The notes beneath the pieces are model-generated. The model searched no databases and was not told the origin of the DNA. It was given only the letters and a program-made list of their open reading frames with translations. From Octopus bimaculoides (Eukaryota), in NCBI RefSeq assembly GCF_001194135.2, contig NC_069005.1, positions 2,353,941 to 2,417,940 on the forward strand: DNA of 64,000 nt. Direction: 5' to 3'. Positions 25,047 to 36,627 of this stretch are shown piece by piece. The position numbers and the translations under genes were made by a program. Numbering within the stretch: position 1 is the first letter of the stretch; every line of letters starts with the position of its first letter.

Positions 25047-25180
25047 CATGCGAAACAAAGTAGGAAAAATACTCGAATATCAGGGGTAGAGTAATATGCT
25101 TTATCAAAAAGCAGCAAACATCACAGAAACTGTTACTCAGAGTTTCACGTTCCCGTTCATTGGACAGTCTGTGTATCTCT
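25040..25180 (-). mobile_element. Penelope-type terminal repeat with a degenerate minimal type I hammerhead (25128-25170)
   Basis: The minus strand reads AGACTGT-CCAATGA-ACG-GGAA-CGT-GAAA-CTC-T-GAG-TA-ACAGTT, with stems I-III formable and a GUA triplet. The downstream part (ATTACTC...TATTCGAGTA..TTTTCC.ACTTTGTTTC) recurs at 19880-19925. Confidence 0.55.
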
Positions 25181-25368
25181 GTAACTACAAGAAATTACAG
25201 GAGCCACTTTCTTGGACTCCCACTATCTACTAATTTGTGTATATGTATACAAAGACATATACACGCATATAGACGTGTTTTTATATATCTCGTATGTTTG
25301 TGCATATATAACGTACACGCACATACACAAAGCATTTATATAGGCGATTCTCTACAGTTTCTTTCTAA

Positions 25369-25594
25369 CGAATTCTGTACATTATTTACAGAGTGCGGAT
25401 AGGTGTCTTCATCTTATTTGTTGTTATCACATCGTTTCGGCTGATGCACTATCCAACCCTCATCAGGTGTTCTGGGGGGAATTTCGAACCCAACCCTAAT
25501 GGAAGCTGAAGAGTACCACAGCCGAAACGTTGTGATAACAACAAACAAGGCGAAGACATCTATCCGTCCACTGTAAATAATGTACATAATTCAT
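25369..25594. repeat. Foldback with about 75-bp inverted arms, each with a CTGANGA...CAGCC-GAAAC motif (Penelope-like inverted termini)
   Basis: TGTACATTATTTACAG...CGGATAGGTGTCTTC...TTGTTGTTATCACATCGTTTCGGCTG pairs with CAGCCGAAACGTTGTGATAACAACAAA...GAAGACATCTATCCG...CTGTAAATAATGTACA. Confidence 0.75.
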
Positions 25595-25949
25595 CTTCCC
25601 CCAAAATGAAGAATAGTATTAAATTCTGGTCTTCAGTTATTAATCGTCCTGTCTCAACTCTAAAACTATCTTTTATAGCGTCTGACGAAATCTAACCCAG
25701 AAACCTAGAAAAACCAGAAAAGCATTATTAGGAAGCGAACTCATTCGACATACATCCATCTATATAAATATATCATAATTATAATTTTGGGAAAATTTCA
25801 TATTTTTGATAATTAGCTTTTTTTTTGAGTTTATTTATCCTAGTCACATATCCTTCCTTTTTAGATTGTTAATAACCCTTATTGTAGGTTACCCATAGGA
25901 GATATTTCGTTTTGTTTCGTTGCTAATAAATAACATTATTTTTTCTATT

Positions 25950-26280
25950 ATTGATTGAAAATAAACAATTCTCTTTTATTTATTAAAAATAATTTATTAA
26001 GTATTTTAGTTTGAAAATAAACCCATTTTGTGATATTGATAAGTGATAATATAATTTATGATATCGATAGAAAATAACCTAGTTTAGTTTACTGATAAGG
26101 AATAACTCAGTTGGGCTTATTAAAAGGAAATAACTTATTTCAGCTTATTGATTGCAATTAATCGATTTTGTTTTATTGGTAGGAAATAACCCAATTTGGC
26201 TAAATAATAGAAAATAACTTATTTTGGATTTCTGATTGGAATTAATCAATTTTTGTATTATTGTTAGGAAATAACATATT
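25950..26280. repeat. Degenerate AT-rich minisatellite with a recurring GAAATAAC motif and an ~84-bp duplicated unit
   Basis: Motif starts at about 25957, 26012, 26070, 26099, 26126, 26182, 26210 and 26266. Segments 26099-26181 and 26182-26265 align. Confidence 0.65.
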
Positions 26281-27644
26281 TTATATTATCTCTAGGCAGT
26301 AACTGGTTGTATATTTTAGATTTAAAAGCTATTGCAGTATTTTTAAGTGGGCGTGGCAACTTCCATGTGGCTAATGGATGCAAATATGTATGTGTGTGGG
26401 AGGTGGCTGTAGAAAGTGATAGAAGCAGGGTTACGTTTTTTGTGCGGGGTAGTTTTTTCACCTATTTAAACAGTATCTTTAAAATGCTTTAAATATGATA
26501 CAGTAGAACCTCGCAGTAAACAAACTAACACCGGTTGTCAAGAGGTGGAAGGCAACATAAACACAAAACAAATACACACACACATACCTACAGCTACATA
26601 TAAACGACAGGTTTCCACACAGTTTCTGTCTAGCAAATTCACTCACAAGGTATTGTTGAAGACATTTGCTTTCCTCTCCACAGGTTCGCTTCTCTTCTGC
26701 GATTTTCCATCTGTGTCTCTGCCTATCTGTCTCTCTCCCTCCTTCACTTCCTCTACTTTTAATCTCCAAGCGTACATTTACAAATGGTCATTATTACGAT
26801 AACTAAACAACAGTAAATCTAAAGTCTTGGACTGTCTTTTCAACTTAACTTTCTTTCATAAATTATATTACATCATATTATTTCTATGTATACGTCTCCC
26901 TCTCACCATATCTTTATCTATCTATCTATCTATCTATATGCATATTTTTATACATACATCTTTATATATCTGTCTACATACCACGCAAACACGCATATTT
27001 TTACTCATTCAATTTAATAAATAACCGCCAAATTGCCGTACACAAAAGCACACACAATATTTTCTACAAATAAATATGTTCACAGCATTTTTATCTATTT
27101 TCGCCACAATTTCGATATTTTCAAATATTTTTCCAGCCATATTTTATTTTTCCTATGGCAAAATTTTTCTTTACATCTTTAACGATATTATTATTGTTTT
27201 TTTTTTTACAAGTGTTAACTGAAAAATCGCAAAATAAATTCTCGGAGCCACCACGGATTAACAATTAAAATTCTTTCCTTATAGTTTCTTGGCAACAACT
27301 TGCTGATTAGTAATATTTCAAAGAGCAATTAAGATTTTCTTTTCCGCAGCAAAAAAGATGCTAATATAGTGGACGAGAATTCTGTGGAGACATTTGTAAT
27401 ATTGACGCTGAATGGTGAAACTGTCAACTTCAAGTTCATTTCGTTTATTTATGATTTCTAAGTGAAATATAGTTTATAGTTTTGTTGTTGTTGCTTGTCT
27501 GCTTGATTTGTTTGTTTTGCGGTTTGGTTTTGTTGTTGATGTTGTTGTTGTTGTTTTTGTACTTTGGAAGCTTTTAGTTAATTGAAGTTTCTTGAACGTC
27601 AGCTGTGGGAAATAGAAGTTACAACAACAGTAACGTGATGAACA

Positions 27645-27785
27645 ATGACAGACAATAGTAATGATGATGATGATAATAGTAATAATCTTCATAATAATGT
27701 TAATAACAACAATAACAATACAAATAATAATGAAAGCAACAACAACCACAACAATAATAATAATAATAATAATAATAATGATAAT
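27645..27785. repeat. (TAA/CAA/TGA)n tract adjoining a SINE A tail
   Basis: Direct reading. Confidence 0.9.
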
Positions 27786-27789
27786 ATTT

Positions 27790-28100
27790 TCTTTATTGGC
27801 CACAAGGGCCGAACACAAACCAAATAGGGGCGAGACGACACGTGGGTCAAGTGGGGTTATGCACAACATTTGTGTACAAAATAAATAACAAAACAACAAT
27901 AATCGCATCAAAATTTGGAACAATGCCAGCGATTTCGGGGAAGACGTAAATCGATTACAAAATGGTACAAAATTTATCGACCCCGAAAGAATAAAAGGCA
28001 AAGTCGACCTCGGCGGAATTTGAACCCAGAACGCGAAGACGGACGAAATACTGCTAAGCATCTCGCCCGGCGTGCTAACGCGTCTAGCAGCTAGCGGCCT
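27790..28100 (-). mobile_element. SINE family A, long-tail variant
   Basis: Core ATCGACCCCGAAAGAATAAAAGGCAAAGTCGACCTCGGCGGAATTTGAAC and head GCTAAGCATCTCGCCCGGCGTGCTAACG. The tail CTTTATTGGCCACAAGGG matches the reverse complement of 29135-29160. Confidence 0.85.
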
Positions 28101-28130
28101 TCGTAATATCTATCTGTCTATGTATGTATG

Positions 28131-28371
28131 GGTAATCTTCAAGTTTAGGGGGGTAAAAAAAGTAAAAAATATTCAATGGAAATAACTGAACAACTTACCA
28201 GTATTATCCGTTTTCTTTTAGCTGTTTATAAATAAATCACACCCTAACCCTAACGTCAATCAAATCACGTGTGTGATTTATTTATAAACAGATGTACGGA
28301 GAATACTGGTAAGACGTTCAGTTACTTGCCTTGAATATTTTTTTTTAATCCCCCTAAACTTGAAGATTACC
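28131..28371. mobile_element. MITE/foldback, palindromic over almost its whole ~240 bp
   Basis: GGTAATCTTCAAGTTTAGGGGG pairs with CCCCCTAAACTTGAAGATTACC. Inner arms such as CAGCTGTTTATAAATAAATCACAC and GTGTGATTTATTTATAAACAG also pair. CCCTAACCCTAA lies in the centre and (TATG)n on the flanks. Confidence 0.85.
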
Positions 28372-28784
28372 GTATGTATGTATGTTTCTGTGTCTGTCTA
28401 TCTATCTATTTATACACATTCCTACATGCATAGGTTTATATATATAATTGGATTTATATACAGAATTTAGAAACTTCATAACTGAGCCGTGAAGAGCCAA
28501 TTCATTTCTTCTATAGTAGTAGGTGCATTAGGTATGAGTAAAAAATATTCAGACGAATACACAACAAAAACACCAGGACTAACAAGTATATATAACATAC
28601 AAAAAATAGCACTACTAGGCACTGCACACATCCTACATAAAACACTTTCAATACCGTAAAAATAAGAGCATCACAACAAACCACAACACATAGCCAAGGC
28701 ACACAGATGCGCTCGGTAGTGAAGTGAAAGCACACGATAAAAATAAGACTACTGAATAATGATAATAATAATAATAATAAGTAC

Positions 28785-28918
28785 TAAAGGCACAAGGCCT
28801 AAAATTTGAGGGAAGGTATTAAGTCGATCACATCGACCCCAGTCTGTAACTGGTATTTATTTAATTGACTCCGAAAGGATGAAAGGCAAAGTCGACCTCG
28901 GCAGAATTTAAACTCAGA
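28785..28918 (-). mobile_element. SINE family A 3' half
   Basis: Reverse-complement core following (TAA)n at 28752-28780. Confidence 0.85.
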
Positions 28919-28928
28919 AGTATTGACT

Positions 28929-29160
28929 GGCGGCGAGCTGGCAGAATCGTTAGCACGCCGGGCGAATTGCTTAGCGGTATTTCGTCTGCCGTTACGTTCT
29001 GAGTTCAAATTCCGCCGAGGTCGACTTTGCCTTTCATCCTTTCGAGGTCGATAAATTAAGAACCAGTTTCGCACTGGGATCGATATAATCGACTTAATAC
29101 CTTTGCCTGTCCTTGTTTGTCCCCCTCTATGTTTAGCCCCTTGTGGGTAATAAAGAAATA
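28929..29160 (+). mobile_element. SINE family A, full length and little diverged
   Basis: GGCGGCGAGCTGGCAGAATCGTTAGCACGCCGGGCGAATTGCTTAGCGGTATTTCGTC...GTTCTGAGTTCAAATTCC (box A/B-like)...GGTCGACTTTGCCTTTCATCCTTTCGAGGTCGATAAATTAAG...GTAATAAAGAAATA. Confidence 0.9.
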
Positions 29161-29162
29161 CG

Positions 29163-29228
29163 AATTTGAACTCAGATCGTAAAGACGAGCGAAATGCCGC
29201 TAAGTATTTTGTTACCGATTCTGCCAGC
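29163..29228 (-). mobile_element. SINE family A head fragment running into a gap
   Basis: AATTTGAACTCAGA...GAAATGCCGCTAAGTATTT...GATTCTGCCAGC. Confidence 0.75.
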
Positions 29229-30119
29229 NNNNNNNNNNNNNNNNNNNNNNNNNNNNNNNNNNNNNNNNNNNNNNNNNNNNNNNNNNNNNNNNNNNNNNNN
29301 NNNNNNNNNNNNNNNNNNNNNNNNNNNNNNNNNNNNNNNNNNNNNNNNNNNNNNNNNNNNNNNNNNNNNNNNNNNNNNNNNNNNNNNNNNNNNNNNNNNN
29401 NNNNNNNNNNNNNNNNNNNNNNNNNNNNNNNNNNNNNNNNNNNNNNNNNNNNNNNNNNNNNNNNNNNNNNNNNNNNNNNNNNNNNNNNNNNNNNNNNNNN
29501 NNNNNNNNNNNNNNNNNNNNNNNNNNNNNNNNNNNNNNNNNNNNNNNNNNNNNNNNNNNNNNNNNNNNNNNNNNNNNNNNNNNNNNNNNNNNNNNNNNNN
29601 NNNNNNNNNNNNNNNNNNNNNNNNNNNNNNNNNNNNNNNNNNNNNNNNNNNNNNNNNNNNNNNNNNNNNNNNNNNNNNNNNNNNNNNNNNNNNNNNNNNN
29701 NNNNNNNNNNNNNNNNNNNNNNNNNNNNNNNNNNNNNNNNNNNNNNNNNNNNNNNNNNNNNNNNNNNNNNNNNNNNNNNNNNNNNNNNNNNNNNNNNNNN
29801 NNNNNNNNNNNNNNNNNNNNNNNNNNNNNNNNNNNNNNNNNNNNNNNNNNNNNNNNNNNNNNNNNNNNNNNNNNNNNNNNNNNNNNNNNNNNNNNNNNNN
29901 NNNNNNNNNNNNNNNNNNNNNNNNNNNNNNNNNNNNNNNNNNNNNNNNNNNNNNNNNNNNNNNNNNNNNNNNNNNNNNNNNNNNNNNNNNNNNNNNNNNN
30001 NNNNNNNNNNNNNNNNNNNNNNNNNNNNNNNNNNNNNNNNNNNNNNNNNNNNNNNNNNNNNNNNNNNNNNNNNNNNNNNNNNNNNNNNNNNNNNNNNNNN
30101 NNNNNNNNNNNNNNNNNNN

Positions 30120-30172
<53 letters not shown>

Positions 30173-30549
30173 GTTCTGTACGTACGTTTGTATGTATATG
30201 TATTATGTATGTACGTTTGTATATATGTATACATGTATGTATGAATGGATGATATTATGAATGTATGTATGTATGTGAGTATGTATGAATGTACGTATGT
30301 ATGTCTTTTGTATGCGTGGCTGTATCAAAGAGCAACACTGACGTAATCCATAGGATATCAAACGAAGCGTCTTTGTTAATGCATCGCTGTCGGAAACGAG
30401 GTTGTGGCTGCTTTTGAAAGTGAGGTTGTGTGGAGCAACTGGTACGTTACTTACGTGTGCAAACAGATTAGTAGCCGTGTGAAAATGGGATTATCGACAG
30501 ATCTATAGAAGTATTATTAACAGGGATGTGTATTCGTTTATTCGGTTGC

Positions 30550-30720
30550 TCGTTTCAGTTATTTGACTGGGGCCACGCTGGAGCACCGCGTTTTAGCCGA
30601 ACAAATCGATCCCAGGACATATTCTTTGTAAGCCTAGTACTTATTCTATCTGATACGTAAGCACACCAACATCGGTTATCAAGCAATGGGGGGGGGGGCA
30701 ACATATGCACAGAGACACAC
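30550..30720 (-). mobile_element. SINE family B 3' half with an internal deletion
   Basis: GTTTCAGTTATTTGACTGGGGCCACGCTGGAGCACCGC...AAATCGATCCCAGGACATATTCTTTGTAAGCCTAGTACTTATTCTATC. Confidence 0.85.
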
Positions 30721-31201
30721 AAAATTTAGTTCTCACCCGGGTCACTGACCTTCGATATCGTATGGAGCAACTGGTACGTTACTCCACACTTTCAAGAACT
30801 ACATTCTTAACCTAAACGGCCGACATTACTTGGTCGTTCTCCCATTTCATAGTTAGCCTTTACAGACTCTAGTCACATCCCGGCTGTATTCTGGGAATAT
30901 TCTTTTGTTTTGCAAAATTACTTCTCATCTGACAATTACAGTCTTTCATAATGGAGTAATGTTTCCATTCTTCTATAAAAATGTTCCGTAAGAAACAACT
31001 GTTATGAGCTGACAATTATCCATTGTCCAATAATAGAGAGCAGTCGCCATATATTTTCCATACTTGCCATATTTGAAGACCAAGTAGTGTTCGTTAACTG
31101 CGCAGTTATCTAATATGCGATTATCTAATCGCATATATTACACAGTACAAAACCGATTGGTTACGTTGCCTGATAGGGATCTGCAATACACCACACTTTG
31201 A

Positions 31202-31268
<67 letters not shown>

Positions 31269-31307
31269 NNNNNNNNNNNNNNNNNNNNNNNNNNNNNNNN
31301 NNNNNNN

Positions 31308-31356
<49 letters not shown>

Positions 31357-31844
31357 GTGTAGGATTGTAGGCTTGTAAGAATATGTACTGTAAATAAATA
31401 TGCTCGTTTATGTGTGAGCAACGAATGCAAGTTAGAATAAAACGGAAGGAGAATAAGAGAACAGGAAAGTGAAAGAGAAAGGGAGAGAAAGAAAGGTAGA
31501 GAGAGAGAGAGAGAGAAGCAGATGAGTAAAGACTGCTTTAATGTTACAATCCGAGAAAAGCGTGAACAAGACAAACACTTACACATACACACTCGTATTC
31601 TTCCCACATTCACTTACGCCATATCTAGTTTTTCTCATGTGTGTGTGTATAATATATATGTATGTACATATTAATACGTGCATAGATATGTGTGTGTATA
31701 CATGTGTGCTTAACAGTCTATACGAACAAATACGCACGTGTGAGTGCTTACATACATACATGCATAGATGTATATATATATAAATATATAATCGAATTTA
31801 TATATGCACATACATACATACATACAGCTATATATATGTGTGTG

Positions 31845-31896
<52 letters not shown>

Positions 31897-32038
31897 CACA
31901 TGTATATGTATATATACGTTTATACCTACACACACGCACAAACACACATATACGCACACCTACGTATATAACGTGGTTTGTTATTTCATTTATTGACTTT
32001 ACGATTACTTATATATATATNNNNNNNNNNTATATATA

Positions 32039-32139
<101 letters not shown>

Positions 32140-32889
32140 CTAGATATATATATACACACGCGCACACACACTACATCTCGTTCTTGTACATTGATATATG
32201 TATTTTTATTATTATAATAGCGTATAGTACTCCGATTCATATCAGAACATATAAAATTCTGTTTAATGTCTGCCCATAAAACCGACTTCATTCTCTCTGC
32301 AAGAGTGCTTTAGGCTTCAATATGGCGGCAAATCATATCCGCCACCTCTTAACTAATATTATCTTATTTAGGCTCGATTAAGGAACATAAAAATGTCATT
32401 TCTTGTCATCCTGTGTATGTAATCAAAATATCGATTAATATGTACACTAGCGTTCTAAATGGCCACCACTGGTAGAATAGCAGAAAATATCCCCTTGGCT
32501 AATGTATACTATTATCATTAAATCGTGGCGTTAAAAAGGTGAGGGATTATTGGTAAACTTTCTAAAATTAGCCATATTCATATTTTAGCTTTCTGCGCTG
32601 AGGAAAGCCTGTGAGCTGTGAGCTAAGAATTCTAGTCAATCTTTGCAACAAAAATATAGAGATAATCTGTATACGTGCGTGCCTATGTGCGTACGTATGT
32701 ATGTGTGTTTGTTTGTGCGTGTGTGTGTGTGTATGTGTGTTTGTGTGTGTATGTGCGTACATATGTCAACATAGGTTACTGGCGACAAAAGCACTATTAG
32801 TTCAAATTGGCATTCTGTGTATCATACTTAAAGTATATATGCTCTTGAAAACCTAAACGCGGCATTCTTAATAACGGTTTCACAGTTTG

Positions 32890-33233
32890 TTGTGGCTGTG
32901 TGGTAAGATGCTTGCTTCAAAACCACATGGTTCAGAGTTCAGTCCCACTGCGTGGTACTTTGGGCAACCAAAGCCTTGTGAGTAGATTTGGTAGACGTAA
33001 TCTGAAAGAAGCTCGTCGTATCTCCCTCTCTCTCTTATATAACTAATTGAGAGACGAACCACCATTACACAACTCAGTCAATGAAAAACCCGTCCAAAAC
33101 CATATTGTGAGACATATACCATACAAAATACTAATCTAAAATTTTAATAATATATAACATTGAACATTACGAAATTCAGTCTAATATTATACTAAATTTT
33201 ACATGTAAGGTTGGAATAATAATTTATTCCCCA

Positions 33234-33278
<45 letters not shown>

Positions 33279-33490
33279 CATATATGTGTGTATGTGTGTG
33301 TGTGTTTCTGTTTGTTAGTCTTCCCTCAACGCCTGAGAGCACGTATTGGTGTGTTTAAGTCCAAGTAACTTAGCGGTTCGACAAAAGAACGAGTACCAGG
33401 CTTAAGGATAAAAATAAGTCCTGGGGCCGTTTCGTTCGACCAAAACTCTTCACGGCCGTGCCAGGCATGGCCGCAGTCTAACGACTGAAC
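32890..33490 (+). mobile_element. SINE family B split by an expanded internal AT-rich/microsatellite segment
   Basis: Head and CORE-like part at 32890-33020, and 3' half at 33300-33490. Confidence 0.7.
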
Positions 33491-33519
33491 TAATTAAGTA
33501 ATTAAAAAGGGGCAGAATT

Positions 33520-33670
33520 AATATACTTGATTGTTTCTTCATTTTATCGATCCCATAAAAGTGAAATGTTATGTTGACCTCGCTGGTATTTGAATATACA
33601 AGGAAAGAACCGGACGAAATGTCGCCAGGCATTTTGTCCGGCGTGCAAACGATTCTACCAGCTCACCAAC
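33520..33670 (-). mobile_element. SINE family A, diverged
   Basis: TTTATCGATCCCATAAAAGTGAAATG...GTTGACCTCGCTGGTATTTGAA...GCATTTTGTCCGGCGTGCAAACGATTCTACCAGCTC. Confidence 0.75.
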
Positions 33671-33743
33671 TTGCTAATGCTTTCATATTTTAGCAAAAGG
33701 CCTGGAATTTTGATCTGCTTATCCTCATTTTCATGGTCGAAAA

Positions 33744-33759
33744 AGTTTGGTGACCCCTG
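33744..33759 (-). mobile_element. Possible hAT/Charlie-type terminal inverted repeat end
   Basis: AGTTTGGTGACCCCTG reads CAGGGGTCACCAAACT on the minus strand. No partner TIR was found. Confidence 0.3.
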
Positions 33760-34132
33760 CTTTTAAAGAATTAAATCCTGACATGAATTTGATCGAATCT
33801 AACTCTTCAATGGAAATGCTCCAGGGTGACCGCTGTCCAGTTTCTGTAGCAAGCAACAGAAGACATGGATAACAATCAGTATGAATATACAGCAGTTTTT
33901 TTTAAATTCTTACTTTTGAAGCTTTCGTTGTGTACATAGGATTTTGGCAACGTTCTCTATTAAGCATATATACATACATAGATAATACATACATACTACG
34001 TACGTACGTACATTCATACATACATACATACATACGAACGTATGTGTGTGTGCGCGCGTTGCGAAAATTGAAGTAGCACGGAAGTGAATCAAACTTAATA
34101 TATATATATATACGTACATACATACATATATA

Positions 34133-34177
<45 letters not shown>

Positions 34178-34416
34178 ATCTATGTATGTATCTCTCTTCT
34201 CTCTCTGTATGTGTGTGTATATATGTCTCTGTGAGCGTTTGTGCACATATATACGTATTGTTATGTGATTGTTTTATGCTGTAGTGTTTTGTTTTTTAAT
34301 TCGCTCTTGTGATGTTGGCGCATTGTCTTTGAGAATCTCTGCTTTTTTTTATAAGGTTGTCTACTGCTGGTCTGTAATTAGGGCTGTATTATCTATGTTA
34401 TCTTATGGGATGTGTA

Positions 34417-34463
<47 letters not shown>

Positions 34464-34531
34464 GCACATATATACAGATATATATACACATATTCAAATA
34501 TATACACATATTTTCAAATGTACACACATAA

Positions 34532-34572
<41 letters not shown>

Positions 34573-35003
34573 CATACACGCATACACACATGTATACACA
34601 ATGTATACGTATGTATATATATATATCTACTTACACACACACACACATATATATATACACATACATACATACATACATACACTTACACACACACATATAT
34701 ATATATATACATTCGCACATACATACATACATATATATACATACATACATACATACATACATACACACACACATACACACATACAGACATACACACATAC
34801 ACACATACATACATACACACACACATACATACATACACACATACATATATACACATACATATATACACACATACATATATATACACATACATATATATAC
34901 ACATACATATATATACACATACATATATATACACATACATATATATATACATACATATATATATACATACATATATATATACATACATATATATATATGT
35001 ATG

Positions 35004-35035
<32 letters not shown>

Positions 35036-35104
35036 TTTAGAGGCGTCTATAATTATTGTGTTGAGTGAATACACGACAGCGTCTTTGATGATGAGATGGC
35101 TCTT

Positions 35105-35480
35105 ATTTCTTCTCTTTGTTTCAATCATTGGACTGCAGCCATACTGAGGGGGGTGGGTTAGAGGGCGTGCACTTGGAATTTTCAGTCGGACAAATAGACG
35201 TCAACGATTATTGTTTTTCCTTATATTTTAAACGGGGTCCTTATTCCGTAGGTTACACTTAACGAACCACTCATTTGCGGGGACGTAAACAAACCACCGC
35301 TTGTTGCCAAACAGTTCATGAGGGACATGGGACACAAATGCAAACGCGAAGACACATACAGGCATTTATATACATGCATCGTATGCGACAGGATTCCACG
35401 CAGTTTCCGTGTACCTAATTTCTTCACGAGGCATCGGTTGACCCCGGGGTCATAGTAGAAGCTATGAACAAGATGTGGCA
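35105..35480 (-). mobile_element. Old, diverged SINE family B copy
   Basis: TTGTTTCAATCATTGGACTGCAGCCATACTG...GGGGACGTAAACAAACC...GGTTGACCCCGGGGTCATAGTAGAAG. Confidence 0.7.
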
Positions 35481-35744
35481 AGTAAGATATCTTGGTGACC
35501 CACTGCGACCGTCTTCATCGCTTCCACCTCTATGGTTTGGAATCAAGATTCTCTCTAACCGAGGGTTAAACTGCTTACTTTCTTAATGCAGGTTGTGTTG
35601 CTGTATTTTTATCGTAAAAGCCTTTTCGCTGTTGAAGCAAATTTCCACTGCTTGTCTATTAACATCATTGGTGATGTTCATTTGTTTTATACATACTGTA
35701 GGCTCTCGTAGTCCGAGAACGACGGTCCTGCAGTGGCTGTGTGG

Positions 35745-35878
35745 TAACACGCCAGGTGTTGACCGCAGAGCAATGTGAGATAAAGAGTTTCGTTCAAGAA
35801 CAATACTTGCCCCACTCCAAGTATTGAAACCGGTTCTCGCGAACCTAAGCGCAACAACCTAACCACCAGGCCATGCTC
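35745..35878 (-). mobile_element. tRNA-headed SINE fragment
   Basis: The minus strand reads GCATGGCCTGGTGGTTAGG...GGTTTCAATAC...GTTCTTGAACGAAACTCTTTATCTCACATTGCTC, resembling the family C head. Confidence 0.5.
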
Positions 35879-35907
35879 CCTCGACACATTTCTTTATACA
35901 TGCCATA

Positions 35908-36148
35908 CACAGGGTGGCCCAAAGTAGGTTTATAGTTATCACGTAAGCACTTTAAATTTCTTTTAAAACATTTAATTACATTTTAATTTCTATCTTACAA
36001 ACTGGAAAGGGAGTTAGACAAAATTAACTAAATTAGCATAGAATAATGTTTTCATATTTTTTAATAATTAAGATCTAAACTGTTAACATATGAATGCAAA
36101 AGAGATAGTTGAATAACTGTAAACCTACTCTGCAAACCCCACCTCACC
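35908..36148. mobile_element. Tc1/mariner-type MITE with imperfect TIRs
   Basis: CAGGGTGGCCCAAAGTAGGTTTATAGTTAT pairs imperfectly with ATAACTGTAAACCTACTCTGCAAACCCCACC. The CAGGGTG start is typical of Tc1/mariner TIRs. Confidence 0.55.
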
Positions 36149-36627
36149 CAGATGAATGTTCTCTTTATTCTTGTGTGAAGGTTATTTGGAACATTAAGTG
36201 TAGAAATACCGAGAATTTTTCCCTCAAATATTTCTTCGTGAATGACGTCTGTGATAATAAAATCTTTTAAATCTTTAAAAGTGTTTTCGATGGTGTTGAT
36301 ACTGTATTGTCGGGGGAGGGGAATGTCCAGAAATGCTTTTGTAAGGTTTGCTGTGTAGTGGCCCTTTTGAAGCACTAATACTACGCATTTTCTACACCGA
36401 GCAAATTACAATTTCTTCTATGCTCGGCCTCTGGTAACATATTCGGTAAATTTCTTCTTAATCTCTATTTTTGTAAGCAATTGTAAATATATATCATGTC
36501 CATATTTTTGTACGCTGTGTAAATTTATGAAATATAAGCAAATGAACGAAATAGCACATGTATGGAACTGCTAATTTAACGGTAAATTCCACAATATTAC
36601 AGAAAGACAAAGAATTTTATGTCTTAC

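Noticed and set aside
36061-36420. 104-aa ORF considered as a Helitron or mariner fragment
   Set aside because: No diagnostic motif is present and it overlaps a MITE end.
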